A stretch of DNA of 63,053 nt, filler included, from Bonamia ostreae (taxonomy: Eukaryota): NCBI GenBank assembly GCA_040357525.1. It is 51 parts of 51 records of this genome, joined end to end, with 100 filler letters (N's around TTAATTAATTAA, not from the genome) between each part and the next. Parts side by side here need not be neighbours in the genome. Positions count along the whole stretch, not along the records: positions 13,682 to 14,823 come from JBDODL010002554.1; positions 14,924 to 16,065 come from JBDODL010002555.1; positions 16,166 to 17,306 come from JBDODL010002556.1; positions 17,407 to 18,546 come from JBDODL010002557.1; positions 18,647 to 19,786 come from JBDODL010002558.1; positions 19,887 to 21,026 come from JBDODL010002559.1; positions 21,127 to 22,266 come from JBDODL010002560.1; positions 22,367 to 23,506 come from JBDODL010002561.1; 43 more parts are not named here. One strand, 5' to 3'. The translations under genes and the position numbers were made by a program. Positions 13,827 to 26,151 of this stretch are shown piece after piece (positions within the stretch are counted from its first letter, which is position 1; every line of letters starts with the position of its first letter). Below the pieces are notes generated by a model. It ran no database searches. It saw only the letters and a program-made list of their open reading frames with translations, and had not been told where the DNA came from.

Positions 13827-14528
13827 ATGAATCCTGAAAATAAAAGAGATCTAATGGCGTTCATGGGATCAGATGGCCAAGATGGCCTGGAATTTCTGGT
13901 CTTTGAGGCCATCTACCCCACCACTGCGCGCCTAGGCATCAACATCCACAAATTCGATCCGAACAAACTCTTCTTCATCGAATTGAAGTTGTTCAAAGTA
14001 AGATGCAGCGAGCATAAAAACACGGCGGAAGACGAAGAAAAACCGATCATGTCGTCGATGATAACAGCAAAAGGCCTCCTCAAGTCAGCTTTCGACTTTA
14101 TTTTCCCGAATAACGTCGTCTTGCAACCAGGCCGGTATCGCTGGAATATCTCATGTGTTTCTCTGTGCGCCTTGATCCTCAGATCGACGGAAAACCGCAT
14201 TGAAGCAAGCGGATTTTTTCTTAAAAAGGACAGGTCGAACAAAACTCCCGTCGATTTGTACAACGGAGAGCCGTTTTTCTCGCTGATAATGGAAGCGAGA
14301 TCGCTCCAGCAAAAGAGTTTCAACGCGAAGCTGCGGCGGTCGCTCGATTTGAAGCACAGCCAAACTGACAACTGCGACACGTATGTGTTTGAGGAGTACG
14401 TGATGGAGAGAATTAAAGATTTTGACGAAGAGTTTGAGGAGATTATCATGAATTTGAAGAAGATGTGCAAAGTTTTGTTGAATAGAAAGCTATTTATCGA
14501 ATTGGGGTTCTTGCTATTGTCTCATTAA
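13827..14528 (+). CDS. Uncharacterised ~233-aa protein (protist)
   Basis: Long ATG ORF, GC-elevated relative to flanks, with the same exon skew pattern as other protist genes; family not recognised. Confidence 0.65.
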   Translation: MNPENKRDLMAFMGSDGQDGLEFLVFEAIYPTTARLGINIHKFDPNKLFFIELKLFKVRCSEHKNTAEDEEKPIMSSMITAKGLLKSAFDFIFPNNVVLQPGRYRWNISCVSLCALILRSTENRIEASGFFLKKDRSNKTPVDLYNGEPFFSLIMEARSLQQKSFNAKLRRSLDLKHSQTDNCDTYVFEEYVMERIKDFDEEFEEIIMNLKKMCKVLLNRKLFIELGFLLLSH

Positions 14529-14599
14529 ATAAATTGTAATTTTTCAAATCGAAAAACTTTCCAAAACAATATTTTTAACTTTTTTTGTTTTAAAATCGA

Positions 14600-14823
14600 A
14601 TATTTTTACAAATCTTAAATTTAAAACACCGGCACGTTTACATAAAATTTTTAGAGCTTTGTTAACACTAATAGTCCATTCGTTTGTGTCGTTATCGCTG
14701 GAATATACAAATATATCATCAGAGAAATCTTTAATATAGACATATTTATATAAATATTAAACAAAAGGGTCGATAAAGGGCTTCCTTGTGGAAGACCGTA
14801 TTTAAATGACTTTTTAACATTGT
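14600..14823 (-). mobile_element. Non-LTR retrotransposon (LINE) reverse transcriptase remnant
   Basis: Minus strand gives YGLPQGSPLSTLLFNIYIN (RT motif B') then, after a frameshift, FSDDIFVY (motif C). Confidence 0.8.
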
Positions 14824-15946
14824 NNNNNNNNNNNNNNNNNNNNNNNNNNNNNNNNNNNNNNNNNNNNTTAATTAATTAANNNNNNNNNNNNNNNNNNNNN
14901 NNNNNNNNNNNNNNNNNNNNNNNCAAGTCGAGAACTAGGCACTTGAAATTTTATCTTTTAATCTTAAGAGGACATACTGCGTAGAACACTAAAATGGCTG
15001 TTAAGTACATCTGAAAATTGTTGTTACCAAATATCCTGGCAGCGTGTGACCAGCACAGTAGTACACTCAATCAACATTACTTAATGAAAATACTACGATC
15101 AAACTATCGTTAACTATAGTGAACATTTTGATTAGATATATAGATAAAACGACAATTTACTTATTTTGGAACTTCATTATCATGGCTATTTAGACTAAAC
15201 ACTTACAATGACAAAAGAAATCTTTGATACTTTGATTTATCTAAATAAAGAAAACTTTGGTATTTTGAATCTGTCTAGTGATATATTAGAGGCATATAAA
15301 ATTGACTTGTTTTAAATTTATAGGAGAATTTTATTTTTGTAACTGCCCTGTGACAGGAAAGTTGGATAATTCTAAGTATTAAAGCTATGTTTGAATACAT
15401 AGCATCTGTGTTCAGTACAAGTTTTAAAGCCTCCATTCGGCAATGAATCTAAACACCCCGTCCTTTACGTTTCTAAGGCAACTAAAGGCAGTCATGGATG
15501 AGAGTTTGCAAACTTTTATTTTTCCCTGGAACCCTCTTGCTCTTCTGCTTCTCTTTATAATATGAGAAAGACTATCACCAATTACAATTTAATTTTTAGC
15601 GTTTTTAGTATGTTACTCAGGTGGGTTTTCGGGAATTGGCTACGCTCTTGGCATATGTTGGGGTTTGAACAGAGATGGCAGATTCGTGTCACCAAACTTC
15701 TGAATATATGGGGTGGGTACAACTGAAGGCATCAAGTATAGTAATCTCAGCTGGATATTTAAACTGTATTAACGTCATTTTACATTTTGTAATCAAACAT
15801 TTACTAAAACACTGAAGATCTTCAAAATCACACCAGTTAAACACATCTAACATCCAAACTGTCAAGGGGACAACTGAATTTAAGTTACCGTATCTACACT
15901 GCTTTTCAAAACTTCACAATTGAAAGACTGCAGTGTCCAGGAAATG

Positions 15947-16065
15947 GAAAAAGTTAAGATAACGCCGAGTGATCAATCTAAAAAATCCAACAAAGAATAA
16001 ATATTAAGAGTAAGGCAAATACGAACCATTGGACACACCAGGAGTGGGATCAGGTACTTAGAAGT
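15947..16065. repeat. Dispersed oyster-type repeat (probable 3' tail of a Penelope-like retroelement)
   Basis: Diverged pieces of the same sequence (AAGATAACG..CAGTGATCAATCT...GGTGGGATCAGGT) recur at ~18775-18853, 27326-27346, 34291-34319, 44520-44553 and 53294-53365. Family name from memory. Confidence 0.6.
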
Positions 16066-16789
16066 NNNNNNNNNNNNNNNNNNNNNNNNNNNNNNNNNNN
16101 NNNNNNNNNTTAATTAATTAANNNNNNNNNNNNNNNNNNNNNNNNNNNNNNNNNNNNNNNNNNNNTTTTTTAATTATGATAATTTAACCATTACTGAAAC
16201 GGCTTTATAGACGAACCAACAAACTTTTCTGTTAAGTAACTGTTACGGTCGTTCATAAACATTTTATTTTGATAATTCAATCGATCTCCATTTTGAGCGA
16301 TCTCCTTTAATTTGCAAACAAAAATGCTAGAAATCGTTAAAAATATGAAACAAAAATTGCAAAACAACTGGTTTTGGCAAATTTGGATAAACGAATGATT
16401 TTGTATTGGCAAATTTTTTGTAATAATTATCCAAATTTACTTCATTGTTACAAATTTTATTTAAATCTTGATAATAGCGATAATTTCTATATGGAGACTG
16501 ACGAAGTACCTTCAAACAGTTAATCAAAAAATTTGGTCTAAATTTAAAACAAAAAAAATTGGAAAAAATTAAAATCAAAAAATATTAAAAAAAAATAAAA
16601 AATCAGCTAAAAAAATTTCGAACAAAAAATAAATTCAAAAATTATAAAAAAAACATTGAAATTTTGTGGAAAAGAAACCGGTGGTATAAAAGGAAAATTA
16701 TTGTTATCAAAAGAAATTTTTTTCGTTTCAGAATAATAATTGCAAATTTTACTAAAACTTTGAAAAAAAACTTTTTTAATCGCAAATTT

Positions 16790-17027
16790 GTAAATTTTCT
16801 TGCTTCAACCTTTTTCCCGTCAATTATTAAACTGCTTTCTCTTGACAGCTTCAATACTTTGTCATACTTGAAATTTGTTGTTAAAACGTCTTCTTTGTTA
16901 GAAAATGTGATGAATCCAAATCCTCGCGGATTTCCGGTCTTTTGGTTTCTTGGTATTGTCGCTTCGATTATTTGTTCTTTCACTAAACTTTTAGTTAAAA
17001 ATTTTAAGAAAATTGAAAATTCGGCTT
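16790..17027 (-). CDS. RRM RNA-binding protein (hnRNP A/Musashi-like RRM), internal exons (protist)
   Basis: TGNPRGFGFITF (RNP1) and IIDGKKVEARK; probable in-frame 21-nt intron at 16867-16887. Confidence 0.85.
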
Positions 17028-17459
17028 CTTAAATATTTGTGATTTTTTATATATTCATTATAATTTATTTAATGATTTTTTGAGTTTCGGATTTTTATTT
17101 TTGGTAATTATTAGTGATAGTTTATTTTTATTTTTATATTTTTTTTTTTTAATTTTTTTTTATTTTTTTTTTTAATTTTTTTATTTTTTATAATAATTTA
17201 TCAGTTTTTGGAATTTTGTATATATATTTGAAATTTAATTTTATTTATTTAATTTCTTTATTTTTTGGTTTAACTTAATTTTTTCGTTAAAAAATTTTAA
17301 TTTTTGNNNNNNNNNNNNNNNNNNNNNNNNNNNNNNNNNNNNNNNNNNNNTTAATTAATTAANNNNNNNNNNNNNNNNNNNNNNNNNNNNNNNNNNNNNN
17401 NNNNNNTCGAAAAGCAATTGCAATTTGTTAAAAATTTTGAAATGTAATTTTTTAAAAAC

Positions 17460-18200
17460 TTTGACATCAACCGAATTTTGAATGGCGGTATGTTCCACTT
17501 GTTTGTATCCTTGAAATATTTTTCCCTCTGTGTGTGCTTTTGTCAAAACGTCCCCGTTCCATATTTTCGAAAAAGTACTATCCTTAAAAATAAAAATTCT
17601 GCAAACGTTGTTCGAAGCGACATCCAATCCTTTAATTTGAACCACCCAAATGACATTGTCATAGACGAGAAGATGCTCGAAATCGGTTCCCACCTCGGGA
17701 AACAAACTTATATCTCTGTTTACTTGCTGGTAAACATTTTCCAATCTTTAAAATTTATATAAAAATTTGTTTTGAAACGATAAAATTGATTAAAAACTCT
17801 TTGTAGCTGTCGCATTCCGCAAAAACAATTAAATTGTTCGTATCTTTTAAACTTAATCCAAAAACTGACACATTGCCAACGTAATCCATTTTTAGCGAAT
17901 TTAACTAATTTGATGAAAAACATTGAAAAGTTTTAAATTTTAACAAAATTTTTTAATATTCGGTAATTTAAAACGTCATATTTGTTAACGTCTTTGACAT
18001 ATAAAAGCAGTCCAAGTGATTTCAATTTATCTTTTAACATGATTTCGAAGTCTAGTTCAGTTGCTCTTCTATTTAAGAAATGTTATAATTGGGAAACTCT
18101 GATAATGATTTCGAAACTTCGCTAAGATTTTTTCCAATGTTAAATATTGGAATTATGACGATGTCGTCTTCTTTATCTAAAATCACCTCAGGCAATTTTT
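17460..18200 (-). CDS. Multi-exon protist gene of unknown function (partial)
   Basis: Minus-strand open segments (ENVYQQVNRDISLFPEVG...) end at GTTT-type donors; boundaries approximate. Confidence 0.4.
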
Positions 18201-18312
18201 CTATTTAGTTTTGCAATTTTATAATGAGCAGCAAAGCGCATCGATGGAAATGTTAAAATTTTTAATATTAGAAATGTTAAAAAGAATTAGAAGAGCGAAA
18301 AATTAACAGAAA

Positions 18313-18546
18313 GCAAAAAACAAAAATATCAAAATAATTAGAGAAGAGCGAAAAATAGCAAAAACAAAAATATAAAATAATTAGAGAAGAGCGAAAAATA
18401 GCAAAAAACAAAAATATAAAATAATTAGAGAAGAGCGAAAAATAGCAAAAAACAAAAATATAAAATAATTAGAGAAGAGCGAAAAATAGCAAAAAACAAA
18501 AATATAAAATAATTAGAGAAGAGCGAAAAATAGCAAAAAACAAAAA
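18313..18546. repeat. 43-44-bp tandem repeat, ~5 copies
   Basis: GCAAAAAACAAAAATATAAAATAATTAGAGAAGAGCGAAAAATA starts at 18401, 18445, 18489 and (partial) 18533. Confidence 0.95.
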
Positions 18547-19953
18547 NNNNNNNNNNNNNNNNNNNNNNNNNNNNNNNNNNNNNNNNNNNNTTAATTAATT
18601 AANNNNNNNNNNNNNNNNNNNNNNNNNNNNNNNNNNNNNNNNNNNNTGTTTATTCGTATATACATTTATTCTACCCCGTTACAACAATTCTTCGATCAAA
18701 ATGACTGTAGTGGTATTTATTAATGTTGAATTGGGTTACTTGTACGTATTAAAAATGAAATTCATTTCTTAATGGAAAAGTAAATACAACGAACAGTGAT
18801 CAATCTCTTAATTCCCATAAAAAATAAAGAATTAAAAGTAGGGTAAACACGGAGAACGTCGGTTAAGTTATTTATATTGAATTCATGCAATTGGAGTGCT
18901 TGTCTAAGTTCGTTGCGTTGTCAAGTAAACAATTTACACAACGAACCCATGTTTTCAAGGTGCGTGAAGAATCAAATTCATGACAAATCATAACACGCAA
19001 TTTTTCCTTGGAGTCCAAAGTATTAGGAAGTACTCCATGATTTTCAGCAGTCGTATTTGAATATCGGATTACTTTGTGTATTTGAACAGTTTAAACATTA
19101 CAAAAATAAATCTTTATCGATTAAGAGATTCGTGATAATAAATAAAATTGAATACAGGGGCATATTTTGGGCTTTATCCTGTGTAATATGGGTGTAAATT
19201 TACTATACATCAATGCTTATCAACTGAAATCCCAATATTGTATATAGATATCTAAAAGAAACTCAATATAATTGTATGATTCCAGGAAGTATCTGATATT
19301 ATAAAAATGCTTATATGTGGGATGCAAACTCATATAAAGAATATGTTGATCAAAATAAAGTGATGCCTTTATCTAAAGGCAAACTTATAATGGTCAATTC
19401 AAGGCACAAACCTTTCAATGTAAATGGAAATGGAAGCTTAGAACAGTGTGTGTAAACGTATGGCATGTTAATCTTAATAGTCTTGTGCCTCATGCAATTC
19501 ATCTGTTGAGTAAGATCTGCTTTTAAAGTTCAGTTGTTTTGATTTCAATTGTGAACTTCAATCACATAAAGAAATATCTATGCTGGCAGACGTTTATGAG
19601 TTATTCATAAAATACTTAATCCCTGGCATCTCCAAGATAATCATAAAGGGCACTTTACACGTAAAACTCTTGAAAAAGGATAGGGAGTTCCCCATATTTT
19701 AAAGGGAAGAAAACAGCTTGAAGGATAAATTGAATAGAACAAAACAAAAACACCCAAGATAATCATAAAGGACACTTTCTGGTTCTNNNNNNNNNNNNNN
19801 NNNNNNNNNNNNNNNNNNNNNNNNNNNNNNTTAATTAATTAANNNNNNNNNNNNNNNNNNNNNNNNNNNNNNNNNNNNNNNNNNNNATGGCCTTAAATTC
19901 TTAATAAGCTTTAAATATTTCAAAAATAGATTTTTTAAATTTTTCAAATTTAG

Positions 19954-21002
19954 ACATTTCAAATTTGCCAATGTCGGGTTTAACAGGAGACGGCATTATC
20001 AATCCGCCCTCCGAAAAAATCTGCGATTGGTCGGAAGGGAAAACTTTGTTAAGTCTCCTCGACAACCAAAAAATCACTCGTCCTAAAAACAGCGCGGTGC
20101 GTTTACCAGTTATAAGTCGCTACAATGAAATGGGGACCGTTGTGGCGTTGGGCAAAATAGAATCGGGAGTTTTGTTGGCGGGCGCAAAACTAAAGTTGTC
20201 GCCGAGTGGCAAAGAAGTCGTTTGCGATTCGATTTTTGTCTCCGAGGAGAAGGTCGACGCAGCTCGAAGTGGAGAAAACGTAAATGTTTATCTGAAAAAC
20301 TGCGAGAAAGAAGATATTTTTTGTGGTTTTTAATTAGATAAATCTGGATTAATCGGATCAAAGACAAAAAATCAATTTTTGTAAATTGGACCAAAATAAA
20401 AAAAAAATTAGTAAATTGGACCAAAAATCAAAAAAAATTAATAAATTGGACTAAAAATCAAAAAAATTATTAAATTGGACTAAAAATCAAAAAAAATTAT
20501 TAAATTGGACCAAAAATCAAAAAATAATAAATTGGACCAAAAATAAAAAAAAATTAATAAATTTGACTAAAAATAAAAAAAAATCTAACAAAGGTGACAT
20601 AATATGCGGAATAGACGACATAGCACCAAAATCAAATTTTTTGGAATGTCAGATTTATGTAACAGATTTGTTGAAACACAAACCAGTCATATCTGTCGGT
20701 TACAGTTGCATTTTTCATGCGCACAGCACTACTTCGCAATGTGAATTTTTGCGTCTTGGACAAGTTTTTATTAAAAAATGACGATTTTTATTTTCTTAAA
20801 TTTTAATAAAAAGATTGACCAAAACAAGAAAATGAAGAAAATTCAATTTGCGAAAGAAAAAAGTGCAATTTTTTGCAAACTGAAACTTTCGAAACAAATT
20901 GCAATCGAAAAATATTCCGATTTTGCTCAATTGGGAAGGTTTACGTTAAGAGACGAAGGAAAAACTATTGCGATCGGAAGAGTTTTAAAACTATTAGAAT
21001 AA
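19954..21002 (+). CDS. SUP35: Eukaryotic release factor 3 (eRF3/Sup35/GSPT), last three exons (protist)
   Basis: PMSGLTG, GTVVALGKIESG, ARSGENV, C-terminal FAQLGRFTLRDEGKTIAIGRVLKL. Introns 20326-20593 and 20764-20813; ends in TAA. Confidence 0.92.
20380..20585. repeat. ~30-bp intronic tandem repeat, ~7 copies
   Basis: AAATTGGAC(C/T)AAAAAT(C/A)AAAAAAAATTA units fill the long eRF3 intron. Confidence 0.9.
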
Positions 21003-23606
21003 ACATGTTAAAGTTCAGTCATTTTTNNNNNNNNNNNNNNNNNNNNNNNNNNNNNNNNNNNNNNNNNNNNTTAATTAATTAANNNNNNNNNNNNNNNNNN
21101 NNNNNNNNNNNNNNNNNNNNNNNNNNTGACATGGTCATTCTTTTTCGAGCTTACAAACTGGCCTCGCTCATACCAAGCCATGGGCGTGATGACTGTTGCC
21201 TGGGAAGAACAGTTTGTAATTATTATAGTCCTATAGCCTAAATGTAGTTTTCATTTTTTCTCCAGTTATTCGCTTCCAGTGTCAAAGTCATCGTATGCAT
21301 TCGCCATGTTTCAGAAGTTGCAATGTAGTTGTAAACAGTATCTAAAATGAAAGTACTGACTGGTTTGTTTAATGTTCCTGTCTCATCGATAGATAAACTT
21401 CTTATCAGTTGTTCATCGGTGAACGTATGTTCCTTGTATTTAGAGTTCTCTATCTTTACTTTATAATAGTAACTTTAAATCCAAGCGATATGAATGGTTG
21501 TGAGATCAACCAATGTGCTTGTTTTATATGTCTGATTTATGCTTATTGAAGACATCACGTATAACACTATGATGGGTGGAGTTGCGTTTGAGTTGGCCCA
21601 ACTTTTCCATTAGTTTACAGGCATTTTTCACAACACCGTGTAAAATACAATGACAAACTTTCAACTTGTGTTCCTTTAAACATTCTAGACACACGAGTAT
21701 GTTTAATTTCATATTGAATATGGTGTATATTCAGTAACGATAGAATCAGGACTTCAGCCAAATAATAAAAAGAAATATCTGCTATTTAATTTAAAGTTAC
21801 ATTTTCTATCAATTGACTACTTTATTTTCATGTTCAAACAAAAATAATCAACTTTGTTGACGTGATAACTAAAAGTTGTACAAGCATTTTCCACAATGGT
21901 ATCGACAGAGGTGCAATAGAAACTTGAGTGACGCGACCTCTTGTGGGAGAGCGATTCATTACTTCTAGTTTCAAAAGTTGAAAATGTATGAAATATCAAC
22001 TTTAGTTTCAGATAGTAACAATATTAATAGGAAAACGGAGTACATGTGGATATCGTAGATTTAGATGGAGTGGTGCATGGTTTTTCTGAAATAATTACCT
22101 GATACCAGTATTTCAGAAGATAATCTCTATCTATCGGATGGCGCTCTTTTCCCATAGGGTGTTTCGGACAAGGTCTTTTCTTAGTTTTCAAACAAGCCAC
22201 CTCTTCTTCGGCAAGAAACACATCTTCATTTTCTTCTGTTATATTCAGATCCTTACAAGCAATTCCNNNNNNNNNNNNNNNNNNNNNNNNNNNNNNNNNN
22301 NNNNNNNNNNTTAATTAATTAANNNNNNNNNNNNNNNNNNNNNNNNNNNNNNNNNNNNNNNNNNNNACAAATGCCTAATTACGTACATGCAATCAATGAA
22401 CATTTTGATGACATCAACATCTGCAAAACGTTAAGACAAACTTTACCCGAATAATGCTTTATAAATTCTTTTCAGTTTATGAGATATATAGAAAATACTA
22501 TCGACCCATCTTGGTCCTTTGATTTAAGAGGCTGGTCCCTGGGCCCTTAAACTCGATAACATTGAATAGGTGTGGTCACAATCTATAAATTTGATTCTAC
22601 AACGTTAACAGTATTGTTTAAGTTTTCAAAATACATTTGATATTCATTTTTAGGAACCATCCCTTGCATTCCTGGAACTCCTTTAATGTAAGACAGAATT
22701 TGAGGATGGCTGATTTTTGAAGTTGCATTCTGGCGAATTTATTTTGTATAATTCTTTATAAGATTTTTCATTTACAGAGATAGAAGGCATGGATATTTCT
22801 TAAATCATTCGCTTAGTAATCCCTTATTATGTTATCAATGACTATGTTGCTGACAGCACGTTCAAAAGAAACAACGTTGTTTGAAAAAGTTTAACAAATC
22901 CCTTTTAGTTTATGATATATTTAGAAAGTAATATTTAAGGGACGGGACCCTGCAACTTGATATCGTCGAATGGGTCTGGTCATTATCCACAAAGTTTATC
23001 ATATGTGCCTTTTCACATTATTTTTTGTTTAAATAGATATTGATGAAAATGTGTACAGAATCCAGGAAAAAGATGCGACTTATTTAGCCCTACCGCGCGC
23101 TGGCCTTTTTAAACTGAAGGAACGTTGAATATGACAAGCAACATTTATGAAACGTACCCTAACATCACTGAAAATTTCAAGTAATTATCTAGTATAATTT
23201 CCGAAAACACTCGTGAATAAACTGACACCTAAATTTTAAAAAGAGTAAATGTTTTCCGAAACAAATAACGTAATCAACATCGCAAAAAGTACGTTCAGGT
23301 TGAGTGAACAGTTGTGATCCCTGAAAGGGTGAATATCTATCATTCCTATAAACAATTGACGAAAATCGGTCCACACATTTTCGTGAAATCTCGTAAAGAA
23401 CAAATAATAATACAGCCAAAATGTCTTTCAATGGAAATGGGAGACAATTACAAACTGTAGAATCGATATGATTAATAAAACCCGGAATAAAAACAATATG
23501 TCCACGNNNNNNNNNNNNNNNNNNNNNNNNNNNNNNNNNNNNNNNNNNNNTTAATTAATTAANNNNNNNNNNNNNNNNNNNNNNNNNNNNNNNNNNNNNN
23601 NNNNNN

Positions 23607-23963
23607 AAATTATGAAAATGTTGACCTTCTTCCACGGCTGCCACGACCTCTAGAGAATGACCTGGAGCGACTGCGGTGATTCGAATAGGATCTGGAGCGA
23701 TGACGTCTTCTGCGACGAGGACTTCGATTTCTGCGCGGAGAGGGACTTCTGCTTTTTCGCCTGGGGGAATCGAACGATCTGTTCGAAGGAGATCTTCTTT
23801 CCGGAGAACGGATTTTTTTTCCGTTCGCAGGAGAATTGGAGCGAGAGTCGCCTTTACGAGGACTCAATCGGTCTTCCGATGCGCTTTTTGAGGAGTATCC
23901 TTCGTTCTTTTGGAAAAGTTATTTGACAATTTTAAGTGTTTTTACCTGTTTGTCAGATGCCAT
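23607..23963 (-). CDS. Arg/Ser-rich (SR-like) protein, N-terminal exons
   Basis: ATG at 23963, 39-nt intron 23907-23945, then SPRRKSRSPSPRRNRSPRRRRRHRSRSYS. Confidence 0.7.
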
Positions 23964-24479
23964 TATCGTTTAAAATTAGCCTTAAAATTTAGTTTGTTGA
24001 ATAATTATATATAATTTTGTTAATTTGCTTTTCAAGATTTATTGTGTGTTTATTGTTATTAGTTGAATTTTTATGAACAAATTCTTTTTTCTACTTCATT
24101 TTTATTGGATAGACGTGTTCAACAACAAAAATCAGTTTTGTACATATTCAATAACAACGACAAGTTATTTTGAGGCATCCGATTCATTTTCTGGTGGTGT
24201 TCTGTCTTCGTTTAGCAAAACTTTAAAACAATGTTAATTGAATATGTACATCAAATTATTTTTATATTACTTAATTTTTTAAAAATGGACAACAATTGTT
24301 ATATATTATTACTTAATTATTATCTTATTAAATTATTTCAATTTCCTGTTTTATCATTATTATTTGAGAAATCATTGTCATTTCCTATTTCTTTTTAGAA
24401 TACAAATTTTTTTCATTAAATATTTAATTTTATTAAACTTAATTGTTTTTTAAATCTTCCACAATTCTTGTATATTCTA

Positions 24480-24746
24480 GAGGTAGTAAATATTAAATAG
24501 AAGAAAGCTTAGAGGAGAACCTTGAGAAACTCCTAGATAAAAATATTTTTTTGGCTTTTATTCCATTTAAAATTATTTTTGCAGATCTCTTTTCCGATAA
24601 AAAAACAAAATTTTTTCTTTAAAACTTTTTGAAAATTGGGCAGCCAGTTTATTCCTCGCACATTAATTTAAATCTATTATTAATTGTTCTCTAGAATAGT
24701 TTCCTATGGCGGAAGTCAAACAAATGGGTCTGAACTTTTCAAATTT
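24480..24746 (-). mobile_element. Degraded LINE reverse transcriptase remnant
   Basis: FRPICLTSAIG / KLF*RTINNRF, then RSAKIILNG and LGVSQGSPLSFLLFNIY, with frameshifts and an internal deletion. Confidence 0.8.
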
Positions 24747-26151
24747 NNNNNNNNNNNNNNNNNNNNNNNNNNNNNNNNNNNNNNNNNNNNTTAATTAATT
24801 AANNNNNNNNNNNNNNNNNNNNNNNNNNNNNNNNNNNNNNNNNNNNTAACTAAGTGACTGCGTTTCCTTGGATACAATAGAAAAAAGACAAACAAAACAT
24901 ATTGCTGTTTTGTTTTTGCACTTGGAAGAATGCATTGGCTCTCTATGAAATGTATGATGTTCGCTTATTTTAACTTTTAAATGTATATGTATAATTAATT
25001 AAATTACATAATAATTGCATATAAATTATTACGACTATCGTTAACTAATTAATATATCTTTCTACCTTAAAGGTGTAATCTGAAGTTTAGGGAATGGATC
25101 AATACTCTTCTGTTGAAGAACATGGGAATAAGGGTCTCTATTTACTAATGCCAAGAATCTCGCCATACAGAAAGTATAAATATAGTTAAAGGAAGTGGTT
25201 CATGAGTGAAATATATTTGAGGGAAAATGCAGGAAGCAATCAATCGTTTTTCAGCTCTAATTCTTGTTTTATTTCTTGCATATACACTCTAAAGAAAGAT
25301 AATAAAACTCGTGGAGGTAGATACTATTGCTATTTGATACACAATAGCTACTGCTTGCACTTTTATACGTACATTATAAATTATTTTAATGAAAATGGAA
25401 AAAGTAAGATATTGCAAACTGTCAATTGATGGTCATTAAATAAAACACAACTGCATTACTTTGATGAGTTCAAATATACTTAACTTACAAATGTTTTTCG
25501 TACTGTTTTCTGTTCAATGAACAAGAGCTCATCGCAACTTATTTCTGTTTTAAATGACACAACAACGGATAGTGTGATAATGATGTGTCAGTTGTTAGAC
25601 TTAACAAATGACAAAACAAAGGTTCACACGATTAGCAATTAGAAAACATTTTGTCATACCATTATATAAGATGTCCATATAACTATTCCCTATAATACTA
25701 ATGGCTATATTAAATTCAATATTTAATTTTTCTTCCGAAACGTTGACCACAAAATATAGCAAAATACATCACATTGGGAAGTTCATATAGTGCTTACTTA
25801 TGTATATGAACAATCACATGTTGAACAAAATCATACGTTGTAAAGAATATCAACATAATACGTGTAACTAGATGTCCTGTAAATACAATAGTGCTCGCAC
25901 GTAAGGGCTTAGCTTTGAATTTACTTACCTTTATATTTGTTTGACTAAGAATAAGACACAATAGTTACCATAACGTATCATATGCCNNNNNNNNNNNNNN
26001 NNNNNNNNNNNNNNNNNNNNNNNNNNNNNNTTAATTAATTAANNNNNNNNNNNNNNNNNNNNNNNNNNNNNNNNNNNNNNNNNNNNCGTCATTTATTATA
26101 TACTCGAAACGCTAACCTTTTAACCAAATCATCCTATTATTCTGCAGTAAA

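Noticed and set aside
17478-17762. Plus-strand ORF resembling a secreted protein
   Set aside because: It starts at TTG, and the minus-strand frame is longer and bounded by GTTT-type donors, so it is likely a shadow.
18313-18546. Tandem arrays (also 7468, 20380, 56620, 58226) as CRISPR arrays
   Set aside because: Units are head to tail with no unique spacers, lie in eukaryotic introns or flanks, and there are no cas genes.
21127-22266. Possible host exons (e.g. ...DRDYLLKYWYQ|GT)
   Set aside because: Could not build a consistent spliced frame or recognise a family.
24640-24746. Possible structured ncRNA (RNase MRP-like ACAAATGGGTCT motif)
   Set aside because: The opposite strand translates to the LINE RT motif FRPICLTSAIG, which explains the sequence.
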